From Atractiella rhizophila (taxonomy: Eukaryota): a DNA stretch of 38,053 bases. Position 1 is the stretch's first letter. Each line of letters opens with the position of its first letter. The translations under genes were made by a program, and so were the position numbers. Positions 1-15,300 of the stretch are shown piece after piece. The stretch is from the NCBI GenBank assembly GCA_021432655.1, contig MU271413.1, positions 1 through 38,053 of the forward strand. The letters run 5' to 3'. The notes beneath the pieces were generated by a model. It saw only the letters and a list, made by a program, of their open reading frames with translations. It did not search any database and was not told where the DNA came from.

Positions 1-215
1 GTGCTACAGTAAGAAGCCAGATACTCTCAAACACTCAAACACCCGCGGTGGGTGAGGATGATCCATCATTCTGAATTACTTCTCTCTGCCTTCATATGAT
101 TGCAAAAGCCAGCCGGAGTAATAGGCGACTTCATGCGGGACGTACACCAACATTGGTTCGCGACGTCCTTCTCTCATCATTTTTATTCTTGACCAAGCGT
201 GAACGTTTGAAGGAG

Positions 216-775
216 ATGGAGGGAGCGGTGACTGGAAACAAGACCATTTACGTGGGTGCGCTGTTCTTTCAGGAGAGTCGTGGATGTGGGTTGAGCCAGT
301 TCTCGCAGGTGGACTACCTCCCGAAACAAACGAAGAAGTGCTCTACAACACTTTTCTGACCTTTGGAGATGTTCTCGAGGTGCAACTGCCACCAGATCCC
401 ACACACAGTACTCCTTCCTTCCTATTTCCTCTCCCTCTTTGATCGTTGATCTAATCATCAAAATGCTCAACGACAGATGAGACACATCGAGGATTCGGAT
501 TCGTCACCTTCTCCCTCCCCATCTCCGCTCATCGAGCAATCGACAACATGCACCTGAACACCTTCACCTTCGTCTCCGGCAAACAAACCATCGAAACTCG
601 TCCGCTTAAAGTCAATCTCGCCAAACCCACAAAGGGCATCCTTACCGCTGGAAGCAATAGGCCTGTGTGGGAAGATGAGGAGTGGTTGAAGGAGCATGTG
701 GTCGGAAAGGATGCAGAGGATGGCGCAACGGCCACAGCGGATGGAGGAGATGAAATGCAGATTGACAAGTCGTGA
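216..775 (+). CDS. Single-RRM RNA-binding protein resembling the cyclophilin E (PPIE/Cyp33) RRM, with no PPIase domain; 3 exons
   Basis: Splicing introns 256-308 and ~408-476 gives MEGAVTGNKTIYVGGLPPETNEEVLYNTFLTFGDVLEVQLPPDP...HRGFGFVTF...AIDNMHLN...LKVNLAKP, with RNP2 (IYVGGL) and RNP1 (RGFGFVTF). Confidence 0.85.
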
Positions 776-1293
776 GTTGGTTTTTTGTTTTGTGGCGATG
801 GGGTTGTGGGAACGATTGTGTAATAATAAGAGCCTTGCTGCTCGTTTTGCGAGGATTTCTCCTTTCTACCGTCACTGAGGATGGCAAAGCCATACTAGAG
901 ATTGACATGCCGTCTCTAGATAATTTAATCTTTGAGCAGAATCCGTTTCCTTTCAGCTTAATTGGGTTTTTTAAAGACTGGGGCTTCGTCTCCCAACTTT
1001 GAGGTGACCTTGAGTATGCATTACTGGAGCCGCAACCATATTTCCTTGACGGTTTATTGGTGGGTTTTATACCGCTGACAGTAAAGTGAAAGACGTGCTA
1101 AGCAATAATAGCGACCTGAGGATGAGGATCGGGGAAGAAGTTGAGTTTCTTCTGCGCCGCGCCCAGTGAATAGTCGTCTTGTTCAAATTAGATTCTCCCA
1201 CATGCAAAAAATGAAAAGCCTTCAAAGTCTTCATGAATTCATGCCGCTGCGAGATTGGTGAAAATGCTAGTATACAAGGCGGCCAACTAATGC

Positions 1294-3357
1294 TTAAAAT
1301 GATTCGTAAGATGTTTGGCCTTCCTCAGGAGAGGGGAAGAACCAGAAAGAAAGGGCGATAACGCCGTAGGCAGTCATCAAGCAAAGTCCTTCGAGCCAAT
1401 TCGTCCTACCATCCTGAATGGCGAAGTTGACGAGCAATATGGAGATCAACAACACGGCTGTTTCATAAATATCAAAGTGGAAGGTCAACTGTCGAAGTAC
1501 ATGTCAGTTGTGAGAATCAGACATGTAGAAGGACGCACAGGCTGGCCAATCGCCCAGGCAATCAGAACCAACAATGGAAGAACAAATAGCGCAATCTGGT
1601 TAAAATAGCAATGTGAGGAGAAGTTGCGGGTAGTGGGAAAGGGAGCGAACCTGTATTGAACTTCCGATTGCGACAGAAAGACTCAGGTCCAATTTGTTTT
1701 TCACGCTGACACTGTGGGGTCCACATTAGAATATAGTGAGACCTGAGAACAAGGGACTCACGTCACAGCTGTCAAGTGTTCAGCCGCATTGCCGACGAGG
1801 GGGAGGAGAATCAGGGCTGTGAATTCCTTCGAAATAGTTCCCGACTCCGTCATTCCGTCGATACTTTCCACCAACCATTCTGCAGTCACACCTACAAGCT
1901 GTTCCTGCCGTCAATCTGCGTCCGCGAGTGGAAGGGATGGAGCTACTAACCACTGTAACAAAAAGAATGAGAGCGATGGCAGCCTTATAGTTCATCCTAG
2001 GATTCTCCACCACTCCCTCATCCTGCTCAATCTCCCTGTTCGCTTCGACATCGTTGTCGCTCTTATCTAACACGTCTGTGAATGTGGGATTATTGCTGCT
2101 CGCCGTGTTGCTCCTTGACCTCGTCCCAGTGCTGGAAGTCGACCACCTGAACACATGGTTGTGGGCAGGCGGTTGAGGGCCTGATGGCGGCGCGATAGGA
2201 ACCGTTGGTGTGTTGTGTTTCGGCAGAAAGAGATCTGGTCGATATTTTCAGCATTTCCAACATGTTCAACTTCTATGGAGACTCACAAGCATGTGTCCAG
2301 AACTGGAAAGCTAAATATGCGCCGTAAACAAAGAGCAGAATGAAGGCCAAACCACGGGAGATTTTGAGAATGTCCTCGTTAGCTTCCTTCTCCTCATTTT
2401 GAGCAGTTTGCTGATCGATGACCGGATCCGCAAGCCCTCGATTCGTGAGAGCCGCAAAGTAGACCGCAGGCAGGAGGAAGGAGAAGACACTTAATCCAAG
2501 AAGAGATATGTTGAGTTGCTGGACTCGAACCGTATACGTTTGCTCGTAAAACCTCAATCCTTCGGAAACGATCAGCCGGTGTATGATGGAAAAAGGTGAA
2601 GGGCACCTACCACCAGCGAAGAAACACATGCCGAGCACCAAGAGTGCATTGCTCAAGATTGAGCCGACCATAGAAGCTTGGACCACTCTCAGCTCTCCTT
2701 TGATAAGAGCCAACACTGATGCAGAGAAACAAGTCACCCTCCAATGCCAGATCGTGTCAAAGGAGGCAGTTACCAGCAACAATAAACTCAACCGAATTCC
2801 CAAGGGTAGCATTCAACAGCCCGCCAACGGCGGGTCCCATCCTCAGAGCGCATTCTTCCGTAGCGAGACCGAGGAGGGTAGCCAAAGGTACGATAGCTGC
2901 AAAGCTTGTGAAGAAGACGACTGTAGCCGATTGATGCGAAAGGGCGAGGGCCCATGAGACCGGGATGAAAACGAGAAGGACGTTCAGGTACGAATAACGG
3001 ATCGTATTCTTCAATGATGTTTTCCACCCCGGAGAAGGCCCAATCTTATGCGCGGGTGAAAAGAAAGTCGATATCGCGGTTTTGCCATCTTGTACAGTTT
3101 GAGCTTGGATGGGGGCAGGAACGCTTGTAGTTGACTTTGTGATAGTCAGAACGTCTTCATCGGGTGAGATGTTTTGTTTGACTTCGTGCGCAAGAAGATT
3201 GGGACTACTGAGGGGAGTCGTGGGTGGTAGTCTTGTGATATTCAGAGCATCATCATTTATAGACGAAATATCAGGAGCTGTGAGTATTCAATAAGTATCA
3301 ACCCCTTCGCCACATGTATATGTGAAGGCGAGGGCAGTGTCACGTACGGTGATTCAT
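1294..3357 (-). CDS. VCX1: Vacuolar Ca2+/H+ exchanger (CaCA family, VCX1/CAX-like), multi-exon
   Basis: Alpha-repeat motifs LLNATLGNSVE and IVGNAAEH, plus GSILSNALLVLGMCFFAGG and DGRTNWLEG; many TM segments. Inferred start ATG AAT CAC C|gtacgt at 3357 splices in frame. Confidence 0.9.
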
Positions 3358-4830
3358 AAATGTAGGGGAGATTGAGCGTAGAAACGTCAAGTGAAGAATA
3401 ACTTGATAAAGCCTGACAATGTCGAGCGTTGGGACGCGTGCGTCTCAAGGGAAAGAGACACGGCTCAGTACTCTTTTATGCCTTGCCGGGACAAGTGACA
3501 AGGACCTTGGCTGGGATTTCAAATTTCAATTATCGCTGCCACTCCAGCAACCTGCGTCATGGGCCCAGACTTCGTTCGGCATGGATGTCGGACAGTTTGA
3601 CTACTGCTTTGACAAGTCAAATTGTGACAAATCATCCGACCTGGCTCGCGGTCTGGGGATTTCATTTCCAGTGCAGGTCTCTCGTGCTCTCGTGGTTCCC
3701 ACACCAGGACAATCATCTCATAACTTAGAAAGACAAGGGCTCAGTCCTTTAGGCTATCCCTGCTTGTTCTTAGTCAATAGGCTTCTTACAGTGGTCGTAA
3801 CAACTTTCGAAGCAATTAGGCAATTAGGATTAAAGCAGAAATTCCAAGCTCTGGTTGAAGCTAGCTGGACTAAATGTTCACTTCAGGCTGTCATGAAAAC
3901 TACTATTGAATGTCAACTTCAAAGTCAACAGTAGCATATGAAGTAGCATTTTCGCTCGAAACTAAAAAAAAGGTGAGGTTCTCCTTTTCATTCAATCAAA
4001 TGTGATTTTGTGACCAGTCTTGTTGGATGTTTTAGGAAAAACAGGCACCTGAGCCTAGGACATGATCTGTCACTGAGACAAGCATCAATGCAGCGTGGAG
4101 AAGCGAGCAAGTGCAAAGTGTCAAGATATCTTATTGTCTCTCGCTTCTAATACTGTAGGTTTACGGCTCGTAGCTCTCCTCTTGGAGTCTCAACCCAAAT
4201 AATAAACGAGTTGTGGTCCACTCACTAACGTCCCTGACCTCTTTTTCTGTTAACATTAACACACCACTGTATTACGCTATTAAGCATGCTACGACTCCGC
4301 CTCTTTCGCTCCCTCTGGTTCCGGATCATCATATCCCGTTAGATTAGGATCTCTAGGCCTGTCAGGTACTGTAGAAGCGTCGATTAGATCCACATTGTTT
4401 GTGAGCGACGAAGGACTGACAAGGATACGTTTTTGGGACTGGAGGAGGTGGGAAATAGCCCAAATTCCTCCGCACCGGGGGAACGACGGCGAGCATGACA
4501 GGACCTGTCAGTTTTGGATTTAACAAAGACAACAGCGCGAGGAGAAACACAAACCTGCGCAACCTATCACAATTGACCAGTAGGCGGTCGGGCTCTCCAT
4601 CGCATACCGGTGCTTTCCATCCAAATCAGCATGGATAACATAATAATATGGAGACTGGTAAGCTTACCAGGCGAGCATAAGTCTTTTGAAAGGGCCGGAA
4701 AATGAACGAAGCCATGGTGGTGTTGTTTGCTGTTTTGCCGGAACCGAGGGTGAGACTTCCGCATTGAAACAGGTGAAACGACGAGGAGCCTCAACAATTT
4801 CGCAGGGATTTCATTGGCTTCATTTGCAAG

Positions 4831-5980
4831 ATGGCTGCCTCTCAGATTGAAGGCGTCGACTCGAAAGTAAAACTGGACTTGCGCGGAAGGAGGTTCACGT
4901 TGGAGCGGGACAGTCTGATGGAACTTCCTGAGAGCGTCCTCCTATGTCTCTTTCCAAACGGGGTCGTACTCAGTTCGCAACGCGCTCAAGGAGGTGAGAT
5001 GGATGGAGCGGAAGAGGAGGAAGAGGAGGTTTATTATGTCGATGTATGTGATTCCTCACCTTTCCGCCATGTGGGTTTGTGGAGATGACACGGTTCGAAG
5101 TTCGATGGTCCTTGTCTCGATTTCATCCTCAACTTCTTCCTTCAAGCAAAGGAAGACTTCTATGGCCCACCGTCTGCACCCACACGCCCAAATCGTGATT
5201 TCTCCGACCCAGCAGCCGCATCCAATCCCTTGTTCCACAAGCAAGCGATTATTGTCCTTCGAGAGGAGCTGGAGTACTTCGCCATTCCTCCTAAGAAACC
5301 GACGGACGGCACTGCAATCACGGAGGACTTTCCGAGCACCGATGACGAAGGACTGCCCAACAAAGGACTGCCAAATTTGAAGAAGGAATGCGGACAGCAG
5401 CTTCTGGAGCGCAAGTCCATCTTTACCGCACTCCAGAGGAATGTGAATAGGGAAAACAACTTGGCGGAGCAGCATCTCATCGATATGCTTTGCATGAGGT
5501 TCGTTGACCTTCCCTCTAACCTGTCGTGTCGCATGCTGAAGTAAGACCGCGGACTGCGTTGTAGTGGCTTTGATCGCGCGGACGAATGGGGATACCGATC
5601 TCTCGAGCCCAACAGATGCTGCATTGCTTCCATAGCTCTCGTCCTTCTCAAGACTGGCATCGGCCAACCACCTGAAGGATCCGATCCGAACACGGAAGAA
5701 GGACAACCCCCTGTTAACGCTCAGCAGCTTGCAACCGCTCAGAAACTTCTTCTTTTCTGGAGAAAACCCGCCGTTCGTATTTGTTCTCTATCTACACGCA
5801 AGGCTGAAGTGTTTTGTTGATACAGAGGAAATGTTGGTGGGATGCGACGGAGATTGAGTTGCCGTCTATGGGGAAAGTGATCAAAGTTTGGGCCAGACGT
5901 GTCTGGACGTTGGAGTTATCTCTCGTTCGTCATCCCTTTTATTCTCGTCCTAATATTGACTCCGGCGATCGCAGATATAA
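4831..5980 (+). CDS. WHI2: Whi2-like BTB/POZ stress-response protein, multi-exon
   Basis: KLDLRGRRFTLERDSLMELPESVLLCLFPNG (BTB-like), IIVLREELEYF, EQHLIDMLC, FWRKPA|RKCWWD and VWARRVWTLELSL match fungal Whi2; terminal exon ATA TAA at 5975-5980. Confidence 0.88.
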
Positions 5981-6427
5981 TCTGGTTGAAAGAACGACGG
6001 GCTGGCCACGAATGTCTCTGTCTTTGATGACTAATATTTATTCTGCATCTATCGCGACATTCACTCTTATCTTCTACCTACTTCTTTCGTCCATATACCC
6101 CCAATAAACAACCCACCACCTCGCAGTGATTCGAGCTTTCTCATCTTTCCTCTTCTGCTCTCTCTCGGCTCAGATAGTACATTTCTCCTTTCCATATCCT
6201 CCCTCCTTCAGATTTCATTCAATTTCTCCATTTGATTGGTCTGTCATATCAATTTCAAGGTTCAGATATTGTGACTCTGTGCAATCCATTGGTGTCGGGC
6301 AAACTTAGGAGGTCACTTCCCTTCGCACGAAACTGGACTGATGCGGCCTTTGAGAAACAAACGAAATCTTTACACCCAACGACAATTTACCCACATCTAT
6401 TCAGCTTAACTATCCTGTGATTTCCTT

Positions 6428-8040
6428 TTACGACTCATAACCCTCAGGATGACCCTTTTGCCAATTCCAAAGATCCCTAGCAAGAGCGCGAGGTAAGAAT
6501 CTCACAGACCTGAATTAGCAAGAAAAGCGCACCGGCACATTGTTTCCAAGTCCTTCTTAGCCTTAAAACCTAGTTCCTTCTCCGCCAAACTCGGGTCAGC
6601 GATAAGGGAGGGAACGTCTCCCGCTCTCCGTGGTCCGACTTCATAGGTGAAGTTGACGCCAGTTGCCTTCTTCATGGCCTCGATGATGCCGATAGCGCTC
6701 ACCCCGTTCCCAGTTCCGAGATTGTACGCCTTGTACTTCCCTTTGCCAATGCCGAAACCGAGATCGCGAGATGGAGTGGAGAAGATGGAATGCCTCTCGT
6801 TCGAGGGATCGAGCGCTTGAAGAGCCAGAGTGTGCCCATCCGCTAACTCCATTACATGCAAGTAGTCTCGAACAGCGGATCCGTCTCTGCCCAGATGCCG
6901 TGAACCTTCATAAGGAAACAAAGAGGAGAAACAAACGGAGTGGGATAATCGGTTCCAAACACTTTGAGAGGTGATTCGGTGTACTTGCCCTGTGCTCTTG
7001 AAGCAAGGAGAGGGAGGAGGTTGAGAGGCTTTCCACGAGGAGCTTCTCCCACCAGTCCAGATTCATGCGCACCTGACATTACGATCAGCTAGCATCCAGA
7101 GACATTGAAGATTGGGACGGACCAGCAGGATTGAAGTAGCGCAGACCGATGCCGTGCCAGAGATCAGGGTGAGCATCGCACACGTCCTTGATCATCACCT
7201 CGCCCATAAACTTCGTCCTTGCATATACAGATTGCGGGATCAATGGCATGTCCTCCGTGATGGGCATCTTCTCTGGTTCCCCATATACGGTAGCTGAAGA
7301 GGAGTAGACGATATTGTAGCACTTATAAGCGCTCATGGCCTAGACATACCCTCCAATAACCCCCCCAAAACAAAAGAAAGAAACGCACCTCGAGAATGTT
7401 GACGAGACCAGTCATGTTGTTCCTGAAATATTGCACAGGCTTCTCCATGCTCTCTCCCACAGCCTTGTGTGCCGCAATGTGGACGACTCCCCAAATGCCT
7501 CCCTTGCCTTCATAAGATTTGAAAACACCCTCGACTTCTGCTCTTTCAGCTAAATCCACGGAATGCACGTCGATCTTGGGTTCAGGGGAGTTGGGAAGAA
7601 GTTTAGCGGCAAGGGAGCTGATGGAGGCAGTAGCTTTTGAGGACGAGTTGTAGTAGCTGATTGTAGATCAAAAAGCATCAGCAGGTTCAGAAAAAGGTGC
7701 AAGAGGAAGTGTACTTGTCAATGATTACGACATCATATTTTTGCGTGAGGAGAAGCGAGAGGACGACGTGCGATGCTGCGAGCAGCCCATGAGATTTATT
7801 CTAGCTTTCAACGAGCTCTATACCAATGTATCCCGTTCCTATATTGTCAAAATCAACATAAAAAACTACAAGAAGCAATAGGCGGCGCACCACCGGTCTA
7901 TGAAGCAATTGAGGGAGGGAGAGCCTTGATCAGGAACAGAAATCTGCCGGGTCAGATCAACTTACAACTGTGCCAGAGCATCAAACAACATCACGGTTGA
8001 ATCTGGTGAAGCACAGACCTAATACTCTCTGTTTAGCCAT
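6428..8040 (-). CDS. UDP-glucose 4-epimerase (epimerase only, no mutarotase domain), many exons including microexons
   Basis: Spliced N-terminus [38 protein letters not shown], catalytic [38 protein letters not shown]-terminus [15 protein letters not shown]. Confidence 0.95.
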
Positions 8041-8162
8041 TTCAGAGCGTTATCTATGCGTTCTAGACCTGTTCCTGATGCTTTTCAATGTTCTCGATGA
8101 GATCGCTGATGGTTGTTTTTGAGTTTCAACTTCTACAACTCCACAAAAATTTATCAACGACC

Positions 8163-9730
8163 ATGTCTTCTCCAGAGGTTGCTCAGATAGTCTCAAAAGC
8201 CCAAGATCTCATCACAGCATGCGAATACGATTTAGCGCACAAATTTTTACTTCGAGCAAAGGAAACGCTTGAAAAACCTGGAGGAGCAAGTGCGGAGGAG
8301 CAGAGGAAAGAACTGATCGCTGTGCTGGAATTGCTTGGGGAGGCGGAGCTGGAGTTAGGATTACCAGATGAAGCTAAAGAGGTTCGTTCTTAGCTTTGCG
8401 AGGGTTTGCGAATGGATCTGTGTTCTCAAAATTTTGTACCTTTCGAGCACCATGCCGATTGTGCACTGTTGAGTGCCTGATATTCTCTGAAATATGTGCG
8501 TTTGCTCACAAAATGCGGTTCGTCTTTGAAGTTCTACAGCGAAGAGATTCGATTCTGAACAATAAACTCATTTCCTTGAACCTTGGCGCTGAAATCCAGA
8601 AGCCTGTCTGTCGATTTCAGCCATTGCACTTGGCAAGTAGCACGTAAATCTCATCGAGGGGCAGATTTTTTTTACTGTCTGTCGCATTTGTGTGAATATG
8701 TTTCTGATTCTGCCTACAGCGTTTCCAGCAATCGATTTCTCTTTCCTCTTCTCTACCACTTTCCGAACAGTCATCATCAAGTCATCTCAACCTTGCCCAA
8801 CTTTCTGATAAAGCTCAAGAGGCAATGGAACACTATCGCCATGCATTATCCATCCTTAAATCGACATTCAAGCCTTATCCTACACCGGCTCCGGAAGAGA
8901 TGCAAGATCTGGAGGAACAAGAGTTAACAGAAGAAGAAGAAGCTGAACTGGAAGCGCGTCAGATGGCGGCGAAATGTCTCGTAGGCATGACAGAGCTCTA
9001 CCTTACTGATCTATGCTTCGAACCAGAAGCGGAAGAAAAGTGCGAGCAGTTCCTCCTAGAGGCAGTATCTATATACGATGCCGACCCAGAAGTGTATCAG
9101 ACTCTTGCATCTGTCCGTCTATCACAGCAGCGCCCAGACGAGGCACAACAGGCTATCGTGAAGTCCTGGTCACTATGGCGAGACGATGACCCGACGGAGA
9201 ACCCTCCTCCTCCTTTCCCAACGCGGATAGCTATGACAAGGATGTTGATCGAACTTGAGCTCTATCAGAGCGCGCTAGAGATATTAGATGGACTCGAAGC
9301 GGAAGATGACGAGGATGCGGAGGTGGCGTACCTAAAAGGATGGTGCTGGTTCCTTCGCGGAGAGACATGGGATGAGAAGGAACATGATCAAGAACTGAGT
9401 GATGCATCAAAAGAGGAGGATGAGGAGTCGGAAAAGAAAGACGGAGAGGAAGAACGTGAACCCGAAAACAAGGAGGAGTGCTATGAAGCAGCCCTCGAAG
9501 CGCTGAAAGCAGCAAAAAAAGGTCTGTCTTGCTACCGTTTACTACCTCTCTGTGCGATGAAACTGATGATAAATAAATGTTTGATACAGCTGAACGACAA
9601 AAATCCTCTTGAACCTGACATCTTTGAACACGTCGTGGAATTAACGCAGACTCTCGAGCGCATGGGCATCAAACCTCCAAAAGACGCTGAGCCAGAAGAG
9701 CAGCAGAATCAGGATGTAGAGATGAGCTGA
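8163..9730 (+). CDS. ACL4: TPR protein, assembly chaperone of Rpl4 (Acl4-like)
   Basis: Exon 8163-8381 joins 8720 in frame; HLNLAQLS, MTELYLTDLCFEPEAEEKCE, QTLASVRLSQQR and EVAYLKGWCWFL resemble Acl4 family TPR motifs. Confidence 0.75.
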
Positions 9731-10203
9731 TAGTTTCTGAGGTTCAATGCCATGCACACTAGATTGCAAGGTTACTAAACCGGAGTACACGACTTGCTAT
9801 TATGATGGCTTGCCTGCGACAGTCTCCTTTACCAGTGCAGGCTTCTCGACTGTTGGAACAACTCCTCTTGCTGATAAACGCGGAGCTGTATGGTTGGTGC
9901 ACCCAGGAGAGCAAGTGGCTGAAATAATGAATAAACACTTTGGCAGTTCTCAAAACTTGAAGTGTGAAACGGATGGACAGGTTATGTTAACTCTGCTCAC
10001 TCATGTCCTTTCTTTTATGCGAACACCTATTGACATTTCAGAGGTTGAGATCCATGTTCGTTCGTGATCGTTCACAATTATACACGTTCCACGAAACATT
10101 CATTGGTACATCCAGATGGGTTTTGAATTTGGTAGACTACATTTTGCTGGCTTTTCTATCCTTTTCTTTCACTTTTCTCCATACAACGGCACATTCACCT
10201 TAC

Positions 10204-12097
<1,894 letters not shown>

Positions 12098-12382
12098 CAA
12101 CAAGTCGTCGCGTCTAATCGTGTGTAAACTCACCAGTAGCCAGTTTTCCAGACATAGCTTGTTCGTTGGAGTGGATCTGTTGATGCGGGAGGTAAAGATC
12201 GGTAGGTATAAATATGTTTCTGCCTCAAGCAAGGAGAAAGGGCTTCGGTTGAAAGTTACTTCGCTCGCTCACCGGTGAGGTCATTCAATCAATGAACGTG
12301 ATAAGACGCGATTTGAGATTCAAGCAGACAAAAGAGCGTTGCAAGCACCCAAGCATCCATAGGAGTTCATACATATAATACA

Positions 12383-15300
12383 TCACTCTTCCATCTCTTC
12401 ATCCTCCTCATTAACGACTTCAAACTCCTTTACAATAGTGTCATTCGTTTTTTTGTATCCATTGTTTTTGAACACTTTGGAATTCAAGAATGGTCTCACA
12501 TCGAAGATATCTAGCTCTTTCACCTATGCTCTTTGTCAGCCATAGCTTCCCCAACGATCAAGCAAAGGACGCACTCTGTCTTCGAGTTCCGTAATCTTAA
12601 CAACTACAGAGGTTGGATCCTGCCTATTCTTGATCTGATGATACCTGTACTTCTCCTTGACCAGTTGCCTACGGGACGTAACATCAATTAGCACCTGTAC
12701 CACTAGCAACCACAATGAAACAGCGTACCCAAGGATAAATGCCAGCAGCTCCTCTTGATCCTGACTTCTCTGAATGTACTTCCTAAAACCTCTCTCCAAG
12801 CTCTTCCTGATACTCGTCTTCTGAGCGTTCACAAAACTGCCCACCTCCACCTGGATTGCAAGGTTGACATCGTCGCTCCTGACATATTCTCGAAGGGCCA
12901 TCTTCGCGGATGCTTCTGCAAGACGCATCGTACTTTCCAGATGTCGAACGGTGATAGGATAGGAGCCGGTCTGGAGCGATTCCCGCCTCAGTTCAGCGTA
13001 GAGTTTCGACAACTTTTCACGATCAATCTGTCCAAGCTTCGGCTGCACTCGCTCGCGCGCATACTGGATGTATTTCTTGAGTAGATCATGAGGAATAATC
13101 TAGTACTACGTCAGTGACCTGCTCTATCATCCAAAGGATGACCAACGAACTTCAGCATCCTCCATGGTAGCTACACCAGCCTCATCTTCGGCCTCAAACT
13201 CGGGGTGACTTCTTGTATGAGAACCGACAACAAACTGGGCTAATCTCTCATCAGCGGCTGGGTCGACTGTGTCTCTGACGACGCAAAGAACATCAAAACG
13301 CGAAAGGATAGGTTCTGTAAGCTCGACGTTCTGCGAGAATGGTATAGCAGGGTTGTATCGCCCTCGTATCGGATTGGCAGCTGCTACGACGGCGCATCGA
13401 GCTTGCAGAGAAGTGACGATTCCGGCCTTTGAAATAGAAATAGACTGTTGCTCCATGGCTTCATGGATTGACGTTCTTCGCCACATTTCAGTTCAGATAG
13501 CGCACAAGGCGTAAACGTACCTATCCGCATCGTTCATCTTATCGAACTCATCGATGAGGCAAACACCCCGATCAGCTAACACGAGAGCACCACCTTCCAA
13601 CGTCCACTCCCTCGTCACCGGATCCTTCCTCACGCTCGCCGTCAAACCGACAGCACTCGCTCCTTGACCTGTAGCGAAAACGGCACGCATAGCAGTCTTT
13701 TCCGTAAACTTCAAGAACTGAGACTTCGCGGTCCCGGGATCCCCAAGAAGAAGAACATTAATATCTCCCCTAATTCTATGTTTACGGTTAATGTCCTTCG
13801 GCACACCACCGAATAGTGAGAGAGCGATGGCAGTTTTGATGTCTTCGTGACCGTAGATACTAGGAGCAATGCTCTTGATGATCCTCTTCTGAATACGCTC
13901 ATCTTTGGCTAGCTGGCGAATTTGGCGTTCATCCTCTTCGGTGAGACGGAAGGATGCAAAAAGATCAGTCTTCTTATTGATGTGATTGGCTTCGAGAACA
14001 GTGGAGAAGACAGGGAAACCATTCTTGATATTCAAGGAGGAGTCGAAGAGGTTTCGGTAGATGCCAGTGATCTCGACTTCCTCTCCTGGTTTCGCAGTAT
14101 CGATCAAATCCCAGAGCAAGAATACCTCGCGATGTCGAGGGAGACGACCCGGAGGGACCGTGCCTGGGGATTCTTGTAAGGTCATCTTCTGAAAGTTTCT
14201 GTAGATCGTCTGCGGACACTGTCATTCTTGGTCATAACAAGAGAAGTGGAGCAGATACCTGTTCGGAGTTGACAGTGAATGGGCCTTTGCCTCCACAGGA
14301 CTGACAAAACTTGATCTTGATCTCCTCCACCCCATCCTGATAGAAAGGACCCAGGGTTTCGCCACACTTGCCGCAATCGAACTTCACGTATTTGAGCTGA
14401 GGGAAGACACCCGTTCTTCTCGTCACTACGCCAGCAACTCGAACAAGGGCATCTAGGTGGACCTGCCTGAGATCTCTAAGGGTGTACGAAGTAGGAAGCT
14501 CGGTAATCCTAACGTGCACCTCCGAATGGATGCGCTCATAAGATGGATAGTAAAGGAGAATTGCGTCTAGTGCCACTTCGTCGAATAATGGCAAGATCGA
14601 AGAAGGAGCGTTGGAAAGAAAGTACGACAGGATAGGTTTAGTATCCATCAAGTGCGTAAAAGAGACTTCCAAGCTTTCGGAATTGGCTGTTATCCGAAGT
14701 TAAGTCAACTCGCCTTTGGAGGGAGAGGGCTCACCTTCTCCTAAAGCTAAGATTCTTTGACCGTATACTGATTTACCAGCTTCATCGAGATAAGTCTGCA
14801 GAAAGTGCTTGAACTCCTTTTGAATCGTCCTAGCGACTACAGGTGTCTCAACCCATTCTCGCAATGAATTAGCCTTGATATCCGCCAGCTGTTCCACCGG
14901 CAGCTCCTGTTTTGTTCAGAGTGTCAGGCTGGCGCTGACCATTCCCCGACGGTAAGAGACACTGACATCTTCCCCTCCAACCTCGTCCATAGTCTCTGGG
15001 GCTTCGTCGTATCCCCGTCTCCTCCTCCTTCTCGTGAACAGCTCCTCCTCCTCTCCATCCGCCGCATCATCGTCACTCATCAGAAACGCTGGAGCGCGAT
15101 TTCTTCGCCTCCGGCCAGCCGCGCTGCCTTCCCGCACATATCTCCCCTCCCTGCGATCTCGACGGTCCATCTTAGCATCCGCCAAAGCTCGCATTGCTGG
15201 ATCGAGAGCATCGAGGTCCGACGCGTCATCTATATTATCTTTCTCGTACGTGTCCAGACGACGGTTTGCAACATAATCGCTGTGTTGGGGGACATGTCAG

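Noticed and set aside
3419..3934. 171-aa ORF on + strand
   Set aside because: No recognisable motif, overlapped by other short ORFs and located in a promoter region; likely spurious.
5056..5706. 216-aa and 177-aa minus-strand ORFs
   Set aside because: Antisense shadows of WHI2 coding exons.
8392..8400. AGCTTTGCG resembling the 5' end of U4 snRNA
   Set aside because: The following sequence does not continue the U4 pattern; 9-nt coincidence.
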